18,948 bases of DNA from positions 1-18,948 of the forward strand of contig CBDCCZ010000057.1 in NCBI GenBank assembly GCA_965215005.1. Reading direction: 5' to 3'. Source of the stretch: Kofleriaceae bacterium. Its GTDB lineage: Bacteria > Myxococcota_A > Polyangia > Haliangiales > Haliangiaceae. Under the pieces are notes generated by a model. The model was not told the DNA's origin. It worked only from the letters and a program-made list of their open reading frames with translations, and ran no database searches. The first letter of the stretch is position 1; each line of letters starts with the position of its first letter. Of this stretch, positions 1 to 8,866 are shown piece after piece. The position numbers and the translations under genes are program-made.

Positions 1-99
1 GCCCATGCCGCCGCGGCTGAGCCGCTGGATGAGCAAGTAGCGCCCGAAGACCTGGGGCAGATCCTCAGCGGGCGCGTTGGTTCGTAAGCGATGGTTCAT
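1..99 (-). CDS. Hanks-type Ser/Thr protein kinase, N-terminal fragment (runs off window start)
   Basis: Not in the ORF track. Manual translation from the ATG at 99 gives MNHRLRTNAPAEDLPQVFGRYLLIQRLSRGGMG. 'FGRY...L.RGGMG' is kinase subdomain I (glycine-rich loop) as seen in bacterial Pkn kinases. Confidence 0.88.
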   Translation of the reverse strand, partial: MNHRLRTNAPAEDLPQVFGRYLLIQRLSRGGMG

Positions 100-257
100 G
101 CGGCTCTGCCGGCGCGACGCCGGGACTCTGCCATGGGAAGGTCACCGGGCGCGATACCCTTCGGTCCCGGCGAATAACATCGAGTATGCGCAGCGGGCTC
201 GGGCAGCGGCACGAAGTCTGACGCCAATCCCGCCAAGCCGTCCCCCAGTTAGATCGG

Positions 258-286
258 TTGTGACGTCAACCCGCCGATGATAGCGT
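258..286 (+). promoter_or_regulatory. Putative sigma70-type promoter for the lipoprotein-PEGA pair
   Basis: TTGTGA (258-263), a 17-nt spacer, then TAGCGT (281-286) preceded by TGn (278-280). An inverted repeat GGTTG-N6-CAACC (256-271) containing TGACGTCA overlaps the -35. Confidence 0.35.
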
Positions 287-299
287 GGAACCGCCAGAG

Positions 300-1907
300 A
301 TGTTAATCGCACGCCGCAGTCTTGTAGCCGCCTGGGCCGTCGGCGCGATCGTGGTCATCGCTGGCGCAGCCGCATGCACGGGGGGCGATGGCGGTGTCGA
401 TGTAGTCTTTCTGTTGCCTGCTGAGGAGCAAACCAACCTATCGCCGCTGGTCGGGCTCGCCGAAATCACCTTGGAGACCAGCTCCGATGGTCAGCCGACG
501 CGCAGCGAGACGCGCAGGTTCCTAGAGGACGACGATCGGCTCGATATGGGCAGCATCGACGTTGGTACCGGCATCAGCCTCGCGGTGCGACTGCGCTCGG
601 CAACGCAGCGGCTCATCGGCTACGGCCGCTCGCCCACGACCTTTGACGTCACCCCCGAGGATTCCGTCGAGGTCCCGGTGCGGGTGCGCCGTCCGTTCGT
701 CTACGTCACTGGCCCCGCCAGCGGCATCGCCACCTTCGACTCCACCCTCGAGAGCTCGGTGACCGCGTATCAAAGCTCGATCGGGACCGAGGGCATGGCG
801 ACCGTGGCGGTGGGCTCCAGCGATGGGGCCGAAATCTGGGTCGCCACCAGCAATGGCGACAGCAATGCATTGATCGCCATCTCTACCGCGGATCATCAGC
901 GCGCGGCGGTGGAGCCGGTGCCGCTGCGCGCGCCTGCGGTCGATGCGGCGGTGAGCGCGGATAGCCGCTGGCTCGTGCTCGCGCACAGCGGCGAAGCCGG
1001 CGGCGTCTCCATCGTCGATCTGCAGCGTGCTCGAGAAGGCCAGGGGCAAGCCACGTTCGTCGCCTTGGGCAACGTCGGTCGCGTGGCCATCGGACCGGCA
1101 GCGGGCGCCGGCGAGAGCGCGTTCGCCCTGCTCGACGCGGCGCCCGAGCCCGGCTGCGAAGCCCCCGCCTCCAGCATCGTCGAGCTCGCCCTGGCCGATG
1201 GCGCGATGCTCATGACCGAGCCGCTCGACCAGCCGGCGCGCGACTTTGCGGCGGCGACGCACGAACGGGTCCTAGTGATCGCCGACGGCTGCGAAAATCG
1301 TCTGCTGCGCCTGCGTCCCGGCGACGACGTCGGGCGCTCGGTGCTCACGATGCTGCCGGCGGCGAGCGCGGTGGCGATATGGGAGCGGCGGGTCTGGGCG
1401 ATCGGCACCATCGCCGCCGCCGGCGATCGCGCCGCCAAGCCGATTTTAGTGTCCATCGCTCTCGATGGCAAAGGCGAGCGACGGGTCGAGCTTCCTGCGG
1501 TCGAAGAGCAGGCGGTATCGCGTGAAATCGTCGGTGAAGGCCAACAAGCGGGCCAGCGTATGGGTGCCGATGGTCTCGACGTCTATGATTTGGCAGTTGT
1601 TCCCGGAGCAGAGCACATCGCGGTGCTGGCGCGCGCGTATTTCCACGGCAACGAGTTCTTCGATCCGCTGCTCGGAGTGGTCATTCCCGAGATGGAGATG
1701 CTCACCCACGAGTACCTGCTGATCGATACCGCCAACGCCTCCATCGCGCATCGGCTGCGCACGCGCTGCCAGCTGGTATGGTCCCAAAATCCGTTTCCGG
1801 TGCTCGATCGCTGGGGTTGTGGCCAGTCGCCCGAGCAAGATGTTCCCGCCGCGGAAGTCGATGAGTTCGTTCCCGTGCACGTCTCGGTACTCTACGGATC
1901 CCGATGA
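300..1907 (+). CDS. Putative lipoprotein with a beta-propeller-like C-terminal region
   Basis: 540-aa ORF from GTG 285, with ATG 300 the preferred start. Basic then hydrophobic N-terminus ending in lipobox-like AAA-C. Repeated beta-blade motifs (AAVSADSRWLVLAH, DLAVVPGAEHIAVL, VSIVDL). Stop overlaps the next start (ATGA). Confidence 0.75.
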   Translation: MLIARRSLVAAWAVGAIVVIAGAAACTGGDGGVDVVFLLPAEEQTNLSPLVGLAEITLETSSDGQPTRSETRRFLEDDDRLDMGSIDVGTGISLAVRLRSATQRLIGYGRSPTTFDVTPEDSVEVPVRVRRPFVYVTGPASGIATFDSTLESSVTAYQSSIGTEGMATVAVGSSDGAEIWVATSNGDSNALIAISTADHQRAAVEPVPLRAPAVDAAVSADSRWLVLAHSGEAGGVSIVDLQRAREGQGQATFVALGNVGRVAIGPAAGAGESAFALLDAAPEPGCEAPASSIVELALADGAMLMTEPLDQPARDFAAATHERVLVIADGCENRLLRLRPGDDVGRSVLTMLPAASAVAIWERRVWAIGTIAAAGDRAAKPILVSIALDGKGERRVELPAVEEQAVSREIVGEGQQAGQRMGADGLDVYDLAVVPGAEHIAVLARAYFHGNEFFDPLLGVVIPEMEMLTHEYLLIDTANASIAHRLRTRCQLVWSQNPFPVLDRWGCGQSPEQDVPAAEVDEFVPVHVSVLYGSR

Positions 1908-2743
1908 GCGCAGCGCGGCTCCACGGTGCGGTCGCGGTGGCCGTCGCCATCGCTTCGGTGCCAGTGGCGGGTGCTGCGCCAGCGCCACCCGACCCACGCC
2001 GCGGTGTTGCCGTGCTCGAGTACCGCGCTGGCTCCGCCGAGCTGCCTGCAATCGATGTCAAGTCGAGCGCCATCCTCCGCAAGCAAACCTCGCTGGGAAT
2101 CGTCGACACCAGCGATGCCCGCCGCACCTTGGGCGCCCAGGTCGACGGCGAGGTTGCCGCGTGCCGCGGTGAAGCGCCGTGCATCGCTCGGCTCGGCCGC
2201 CAGCTCGGCGTCGATGAGGTGCTGCTGGTCGGCGTGAGCGAGTTCGGCGACGTCATCCTCACGCTGCAGCGCATCGACGTTGGCAGCGGCCGAGTGCTCG
2301 CGCGGGTCGCCGAGGCGCTTGCAGCAGATGCCAACCCGGGGGCCGAGCAGATCGCCGACTATCTGCGCCGCGTGATGCCCAAGAGCGATTTCTTGCGCTA
2401 CGGCGTGCTGCACATCGAGGCCAACGTGAGTGGCGCCGCCGTGGTCGTCGGACGCGAGCCGCGCGGCGTGACGCCGCTGGGGCCGATTCGCGTGGAAGCA
2501 CCCGCCGCCTACGAGATCACCCTCACCAAAGACGGCTACGTACCGTTCAGCGCCACCGTCGCGGTGCCGCCCGACGCCGAGGTGAACGTGCGGCCGGTGC
2601 TCTCCGAACGCAGCGGCAGCGCCTGGTACACGCAGTGGTGGGTGGCCGCGATTGCCGGCACGGTCGTCGTCGGTGCCATCACCGCCGGCGTGATCTTGGC
2701 GCAAGACGAGCCGAGCTCGGTGCCGTGGGGCATCGAGTTCTGA
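1904..2743 (+). CDS. PEGA-domain protein with signal peptide and C-terminal hydrophobic segment
   Basis: Signal peptide; an alpha/beta domain with C-x5-C (CRGEAPCIARLGRQLGVD); PEGA motif LHIEANVSGAAVVV...GVTPL...YEITLTKDGY; C-terminal WYTQWWV followed by a hydrophobic helix. Confidence 0.82.
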   Translation: MSAARLHGAVAVAVAIASVPVAGAAPAPPDPRRGVAVLEYRAGSAELPAIDVKSSAILRKQTSLGIVDTSDARRTLGAQVDGEVAACRGEAPCIARLGRQLGVDEVLLVGVSEFGDVILTLQRIDVGSGRVLARVAEALAADANPGAEQIADYLRRVMPKSDFLRYGVLHIEANVSGAAVVVGREPRGVTPLGPIRVEAPAAYEITLTKDGYVPFSATVAVPPDAEVNVRPVLSERSGSAWYTQWWVAAIAGTVVVGAITAGVILAQDEPSSVPWGIEF

Positions 2744-2752
2744 GCCGAGCGA

Positions 2753-2907
2753 CTAGAGCGCTGACCAGAAACCCTCGAGCCGCCGCCCCCAGCTCGCGAC
2801 CAGCACGTAGCCGTTGTTCACGACTGCGGCGCGCTCGAGGTCGAGCGGATTGTTCCCTTGGCCGCGGAATCGTGTGCGGTTGCCCTGATCCGCGCGAGCG
2901 AGTGCTT
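2753..2907 (-). pseudogene. Degenerate IS transposase C-terminal remnant (IS1182/IS5-like DDE) with a possible right end
   Basis: Minus strand reads KHSLARI in one frame, then QGNRTRFRGQGNNPLDLERAAVVNNGYVL in another. This matches the pattern I recall for these transposase C-termini (EHxLA...QGxxARYxGxxKNxxDLxRxAxVxN). It ends at ...TCAGCGCTCTAG, a CTAG-terminated end. No start codon or N-terminal part is present. Confidence 0.6.
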
Positions 2908-3175
2908 ACCCGGAGGAACCGGAACGGCCGAGACGCTTGCGCAACGCCGCGACGCTGATCCCGCGGTCACCGGCCGCGACGTCGGCCTCGGCCTCGTCGA
3001 GAAGACGGTAGAGCTCGAGGCTGGCCCGCAGCTGCTCGTACGCAGCGAGACTCATGAGAACCATGTCACCCTCGCCGTTCTTCGTGATGAACACCGGCTC
3101 ACCTGACTCGTGACAAAGGCGCGACAGCTCTCGGGCCTTGTTGCGGAGGTCTGAGATCGGCTTGATGATGGCCAC
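2906..3175 (-). CDS. Type II toxin-antitoxin antitoxin, Phd/YefM family (orphan)
   Basis: 89 aa from GTG 3175: (M)AIIKPISDLRNKARELSRLCHESGEPVFITKNGEGDMVLMSLAAYEQL... carries the Phd/YefM signature. The 185-aa ORF-track call over-extends the N-terminus. Confidence 0.9.
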   Translation of the reverse strand: MAIIKPISDLRNKARELSRLCHESGEPVFITKNGEGDMVLMSLAAYEQLRASLELYRLLDEAEADVAAGDRGISVAALRKRLGRSGSSG

Positions 3176-3180
3176 GCTCC

Positions 3181-3207
3181 AACGTATCGCGACATGATAT
3201 CCGGCAA
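3181..3207 (-). promoter_or_regulatory. Putative antitoxin promoter with an autoregulatory palindrome
   Basis: Minus strand TTGCCG, 15 nt, TACGTT, 5 nt, GTG. The spacer is short. An imperfect palindrome TATCgcG-A-CatGATA (3185-3199) covers the spacer. Phd-family antitoxins bind palindromic operators in their own promoters. Confidence 0.4.
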
Positions 3208-3369
3208 GCGCATCGCACGAACCAGCGTACCGACGCCTACCACCGGAGCCAATCAGGTGCAGCGACTGGCCGCCGAATTCCTCGAGGGAAGGAAGGATGG
3301 CCAGCGATGCGTCGTAGACTGAACGTGCCCACACGAGCTGGCTTCGGCACAGCCAAGGAAGACCCAACG

Positions 3370-4611
3370 ATGAAGATCCAAGCCTGCTCTCTATTCGCCC
3401 TGACTCTTGCGGCCTTCGGTTGCGGCGACGACGCTGGTGGCGCGCTGCCGGACGCCGGCGCAAGCGGCGATGCCGGTTCCGGCGCCGATGCCATCGAGGT
3501 CGACTGCAGCGACTCCGAGGTGCTGCCTGACGTGATCGACACGCCGGTCGAGGTCGGGCCCGGCTGCGTCACGCTCGACCGCACCCGGGTCGAGGACGGC
3601 GGAACGCTCACCATCGCCGCCGGCACCAGGGTATTGGTTCGCCCGGGCGGCTATTTGCGCACCTCGCCCTTCGACGACGGCGGTACGCTGATAGCCAAGG
3701 GCACCGAGGCCGCGCCCATCGTCTTCACCTCCGAGCAAGCCGCCCCCCTCGCGGGCGACTGGGGTTGCTTGTATCTCGGCAGCGGCGGCGATGCCACCGA
3801 GCTCTCGCAGGTCGTGGTCGAGTACGCCGGCGGAGCCTGCGGCGCTAGCGGCATTGGCTACGAGACCGGCATCGTGGTCGCGGATGCGCAGCGAGCGATC
3901 AGCGACGTGACGGTTCGGCATAGCGCCGGGCACGGCATGATCCTGCTCAACGCGGCGGCCGTGCGTGTGTTCCAGAACAACCGCTTCGCCGACAACGTGC
4001 TGCCAAGCTTGCAGGTCAATCAGAACCAGGTCGTCACCGTAGGACCCGGCCACGTCTTCGACGACGCCGACGACTACATCGAGATCGAAACCAAGTTTTC
4101 TCTGGGGCGCAGCGGCACCTGGACCCGCCAGGACGTGCCGTGGCGGATCGTGGGCCACATGCAGATCGGCTCAAACGACAACACCGTGACCATCGAGCCG
4201 GGCACCGAAATCCAGCTCGACGGCGACAGTCTCGAGGTGTTCATGGCCAACCTCATCGCCGAGGGCACCGCCGAGGCCCCTATCGTCTTCACCTCGGCCC
4301 GCGCCACCCCAGCCGCCGGAGACTGGGGCTGCGTGTACATCAGTACCGGCGTCGATTCGCCGCGGTTTCAGCATGTCGTGTTCGAGTACGCCGGCGGCGG
4401 CGCGGGCTGCACCGGCGCCGACTACCCGACCGCGCTGATCGTTCCCGGCACCGCCACGGTCACCGACAACGAGTTTCGCGACGTGGCCGGCTACGCCATC
4501 CGCACCGTCGACGCTTGTCCCCCCAGCTTCTGCGACAACACCTTCACCAACGTGGCCGAAGCCGAGGAGCTGCGCTGCACCGTCGGCTCGACCCCCACGA
4601 ACTGCCCCTGA
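3370..4611 (+). CDS. Lipoprotein with duplicated parallel beta-helix-like module
   Basis: AAGGA at 3355-3359 precedes ATG 3370. MKIQACSLFALTLAAFG-C lipobox, then a DAG-rich linker. Two copies of T(L/V)TIxxGT...LIAxGTxxAPIVFTS...AGDWGC.Y...VVxEYAGG. Confidence 0.8.
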   Translation: MKIQACSLFALTLAAFGCGDDAGGALPDAGASGDAGSGADAIEVDCSDSEVLPDVIDTPVEVGPGCVTLDRTRVEDGGTLTIAAGTRVLVRPGGYLRTSPFDDGGTLIAKGTEAAPIVFTSEQAAPLAGDWGCLYLGSGGDATELSQVVVEYAGGACGASGIGYETGIVVADAQRAISDVTVRHSAGHGMILLNAAAVRVFQNNRFADNVLPSLQVNQNQVVTVGPGHVFDDADDYIEIETKFSLGRSGTWTRQDVPWRIVGHMQIGSNDNTVTIEPGTEIQLDGDSLEVFMANLIAEGTAEAPIVFTSARATPAAGDWGCVYISTGVDSPRFQHVVFEYAGGGAGCTGADYPTALIVPGTATVTDNEFRDVAGYAIRTVDACPPSFCDNTFTNVAEAEELRCTVGSTPTNCP

Positions 4612-4650
4612 GCGGGCCCCGCCGCGCTGGCTAAATCGATGCCCCCGGAT

Positions 4651-5133
4651 CTAATCGGTTGCCGCGGGTAACTCGAGGGTCATCACAATCGCGTCCTCGC
4701 CATCTTCGGCGTAGTAGCGCGGCCGTAGTCCCACCGCGACGAACCCAAACCGCCGGTACATGGCGATGGCCTGAGAATTGGATTTGCGCACCTCGAGCGT
4801 GATGAAGCGACACTGCCGCGCTCGCGCAAAATCGACCAAGCGCTGCATCAGGCGGCCGCCATGACCGGCGCGGCGGTGGTCGGGGTGCACCGCGATGTTC
4901 AGCAGGTGCACTTCGTCCCGGACCAACCAGTAGTTGCAAAATGCCGCCACGCGGCTGCGCTCGGGTCCTTCGCCCGGGACGCGAACCACGTCCAGATACG
5001 CCCACTCGCGCTCGAGCTCTTCGAGAAAGATCTGGTTGGGCCATGGCGGCCGATGCGACGCGGCCTCGATCTCGGCAACCTCGGCGAGATCATCGCGCTG
5101 CATGGGAGTGATGTCGACGCGACGAGAACGCAC
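4651..5133 (-). CDS. rimI: Ribosomal-protein-alanine N-acetyltransferase (GNAT)
   Basis: DEVHLLNIAVHPDHRRAGHG, ITLEVRKSN..AIAMY..FGF..VGLRPRYY..GEDAIVM. Confidence 0.93.
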   Translation of the reverse strand: MRSRRVDITPMQRDDLAEVAEIEAASHRPPWPNQIFLEELEREWAYLDVVRVPGEGPERSRVAAFCNYWLVRDEVHLLNIAVHPDHRRAGHGGRLMQRLVDFARARQCRFITLEVRKSNSQAIAMYRRFGFVAVGLRPRYYAEDGEDAIVMTLELPAATD

Positions 5134-5143
5134 GGGGCAAGCA

Positions 5144-5734
5144 TCATTTTACGCGGCGGAGCAAGTGACTCCACAGCTCGGTGACACCCTCGCCGCTCTC
5201 CGCCGAAAACAGCAGCGGCGTCTGGGCGATTGCCAAGTCGCGTTTGGCCGCCATGGCAACCGGCTTGCGCTTGGACTTGGGCAGCTTGTCAGCTTTGGTT
5301 AGAACGACCATGACCGGTACGGCTTCGGCGGTGAGCCACTCGATGAGCTCTTGCTCTTCGACCTCGGGACCGCGCCGGGTATCGATCAGCACCACTACGC
5401 AGCGCAACACCTTCCGACCCGCCAAATACGACTCGATGAGCGGCCGCCAACCCTCCCGCATGGACTTGGCGACTTTGGCGTAGCCATACCCGGGAAGATC
5501 GACGAACGCGAGCTCGGGCCCCTTTTGCGGGACGATGCGAAACCAGTTGATGAGGCGGGTGCGGCCGGGGGTGTTGGAGGTCTTGGCCAAGCCAGAGACT
5601 CCCGCCAACGTGTTGATGAGCGAGGACTTGCCGACATTGGAGCGGCCGGCAAAGGCGATCTCAGCGACGGTCGGAGGCGGGAACCCGCTGGCATCTGCGG
5701 CGGATACGATGAACGTAGCGTGCTTTGGTCTCAT
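5144..5734 (-). CDS. yihA: Ribosome biogenesis GTPase YihA/YsxC/EngB
   Basis: G1 EIAFAGRSNVGKSSLIN, G2 SNTPGRTRLIN, G3 DLPGYGYAKV, G4 TKADK. ATG 5734 (MRPKHATFIVSA) fits the usual family length. Confidence 0.96.
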   Translation of the reverse strand: MRPKHATFIVSAADASGFPPPTVAEIAFAGRSNVGKSSLINTLAGVSGLAKTSNTPGRTRLINWFRIVPQKGPELAFVDLPGYGYAKVAKSMREGWRPLIESYLAGRKVLRCVVVLIDTRRGPEVEEQELIEWLTAEAVPVMVVLTKADKLPKSKRKPVAMAAKRDLAIAQTPLLFSAESGEGVTELWSHLLRRVK

Positions 5735-5826
5735 GATGACTCGGTGCGGCTCGGCCGCTGCGAAAGCTCGAACGCTACTCGGTTCGGTGCGCCGCCTCCA
5801 GTGCGCAAACGTGCTACTCATCGGCG

Positions 5827-6434
<608 letters not shown>

Positions 6435-6438
<4 letters not shown>

Positions 6439-7586
6439 GCACCAGCGGCAATGACGAGAGCGGCACCGATGTAGATCCAATGGTGCCCGAGCGGGTCCTC
6501 ATCACCGGCTTTCCGGCGTTCACTGCCCAGCGAATGGCGGCTCGAGTTCTAGCTGGCGATGCCGAGGCGCGGGTGCTGCTCCTGGCGCGCGAGCCGCTGG
6601 CAGAAGAAGCGCATGCGTTTCTGGCGACGTTACCGCCCGAGCATGCCGCCCGCGGCGAGGTCCTGGTGGGCGATGTCTGCGATATGGACCTCGGCCTCTC
6701 CGGTGCAGAGTACGAGCAGCTGATCGACCAGGTCACCACCATTGAGCACCTAGCAGGCATCTATCACATGGGGGTCGACCGTGAGACGGCACGCCGGGTG
6801 AACGTCGAAGGAACCCGCGGAGTGCTGCAACTTGCGAGCGACGCGCGGCGTCTACGGCGCATGGTGCATTGGTCTACGGCGCAGGTGGCCGGCAAACGCA
6901 AAGGCATCATCCTCGAAGAGGAGCTCGACGAGAACCAGTCGTTCCACAACTTCTACGAGCAGACCAAGTTCGAAGCCGAGAAACTGGCTCGCAGCGCGCA
7001 GCGCCACCTTCCGCTCACCATCTTGCGACCGGGCATCATCGTAGGCGACTCGCGCACCGGCGAGATCGACAAGTTCGATGGGCCGTATTACCTGATCGTG
7101 CTGATCGCAACCAATGCGCTTCAGGTGCACTTGCCATTGCCAGGTCGCGGCACCGCACCACTGCACCTGGTGCCCATCGACTACGTAATCGACGCCGCCT
7201 ACGCGCTGTCCATGGATGAGCGCGCCGCCGGAAAGACGTTCCACCTCACCGATCCCCATCCGCTGTCGGCGCGGCGCGTGTATGAGCTGGTGGCGGAACG
7301 CTCGCACACCAAGCCGCCCCGCGGCTTCATCCCGGGGCGGCTCACCAAGACGCTGCTTCGCGCGCCGGGTATCGAGAAGCTGGCGCGCGCGCCGCTGGCG
7401 TTCCTCGAGTCATTCGACCACCAAGTCTTCTACAACGGCCGTCATGCGCAGGAGCTTTTGGCCGAGCGGGGACTGCGGTGCCCGTCACTCGACACCTACA
7501 TCGACAACCTCGTTCGCTACGTGCAAGAGACGCGCGCGGCCAAGAAGAGTCAGATCGAAGACGAGGTCTTCGATCCGTTCGATTGA
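6435..7586 (+). CDS. Extended SDR / NAD-binding (thioester-reductase-like) oxidoreductase
   Basis: GTG 6435 overlaps the coaE stop (GTGA); ATG 6480 is an alternative start. Motifs [36 protein letters not shown] (YxxxK), [20 protein letters not shown]. Confidence 0.88.
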
Positions 7587-8801
7587 TCAACGCCCGCTCG
7601 AGGGCTTGGCGAGCTCGCTTTGGATGCGCAGGCGTAGCGCGTTTAGGCGGATGAAGCCGGCCGCGTCGCGCTGGTCGTAGACCGCGTCTTCTTCAAAGGT
7701 CACGATGTCGGGACGGTACAGCGACCGCGGCGCCTTGCGGCCGACGATGGTGACGCTGCCCTTGTAGAGCTTGAGGCGCGCCGTCCCAGTCACCACGGTT
7801 GCGATTTCGTCGAACATCGTCTGCAGCGCGAGCCGCTCCGGCGCGTACCAGAAGCCATTGTAGACGAGGGTCGAATAGCGCGGAATCAAATCATCACGAA
7901 GCCGCATGACCTCGCGATCCAAGGTGAGTGACTCGATGGCGCGGCGAGCATGGAAGAGAAGCGTACCGCCGGGGGTCTCATAGACGCCGCGCGACTTCAT
8001 CCCGACGAAGCGATTCTCGACCAAGTCGACGCGACCCACCCCACAGGCGCCAGCGACCTCATTGAGACGCCGCAACAGCTCGGCGGGCTCGAGCTCTACG
8101 CCATCGATGGCCACCGGATCGCCGCTGTCGAAGTCGAGCTCGAGATACCGCGGTTGCTCCGGGGCACGAGTTGGATCGACGGTGAGCTGAAACATCTCGG
8201 GATCGGGTTCGCGCCAGGGATCTTCCAGAATGCCGCCCTCATACGAGGTGTGCAGCAGGTTGCGATCCACGGAATACGGCTTGTCGGCGGTGGCCTCGAT
8301 GGGAATCTCGTGCGCCTTGGTGTAGTCGATGAGCTGTTGCCGGCCTTTGAAGTCCCACTCGCGCCAGGGCGCAATGATTCGCACCTCGGGCATGAAATGG
8401 TAGGCGGCCAACTCGAACCGAACCTGATCGTTGCCTTTGCCGGTCGCACCGTGGGCGATCGCGTCGGCGCCTTCGTCGCGCACGACTTCCATCATTCCCT
8501 TGGTGATGCACGGCCGCGCCAGCGACGTCCCCAACAAGTACACGCCCTCGTAGACCGCTCCGGCGCGGAACGCAGGGAACACGAAATCGCGCACGAACTC
8601 GGTGCGCATGTCTGCCACCAAACATTTCGAGGCGCCCACGTCGAGCGCCTTTTGCCGCGCGGCTTCGAGGTCCTCACCCTGCCCGACATCGGCGCAAAAC
8701 CCAATCACCTCGCAGTCGTACCGGTCGGCGATCCATCGAACTGCCACCGAGGTGTCGAGGCCACCGGAATACGCGAGCACAACCTTGCGAATGTCTGCCA
8801 T
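7587..8801 (-). CDS. argG: Argininosuccinate synthase
   Basis: [56 protein letters not shown]. The start is ATG 8801 (MADIRKVV). Confidence 0.98.
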   Translation of the reverse strand: MADIRKVVLAYSGGLDTSVAVRWIADRYDCEVIGFCADVGQGEDLEAARQKALDVGASKCLVADMRTEFVRDFVFPAFRAGAVYEGVYLLGTSLARPCITKGMMEVVRDEGADAIAHGATGKGNDQVRFELAAYHFMPEVRIIAPWREWDFKGRQQLIDYTKAHEIPIEATADKPYSVDRNLLHTSYEGGILEDPWREPDPEMFQLTVDPTRAPEQPRYLELDFDSGDPVAIDGVELEPAELLRRLNEVAGACGVGRVDLVENRFVGMKSRGVYETPGGTLLFHARRAIESLTLDREVMRLRDDLIPRYSTLVYNGFWYAPERLALQTMFDEIATVVTGTARLKLYKGSVTIVGRKAPRSLYRPDIVTFEEDAVYDQRDAAGFIRLNALRLRIQSELAKPSSGR

Positions 8802-8866
8802 GGGCGATCTATACACCGGCGACCCGCCGGCCCCCAATCGCCGCGATGCACCCGCCCGCCCCGCGC

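Noticed and set aside
2900..2908. GAGTGCTTA, resembling half a CIRCE element
   Set aside because: The other arm is missing, it is far from the chaperone genes, and it lies in the transposase relic.
3176..3463. N-terminal extension making the antitoxin 185 aa (similar extensions for argG, argB, yihA and the J protein)
   Set aside because: Arg/Pro-rich non-homologous sequence that crosses promoter regions or neighbouring genes. Downstream starts match family lengths.
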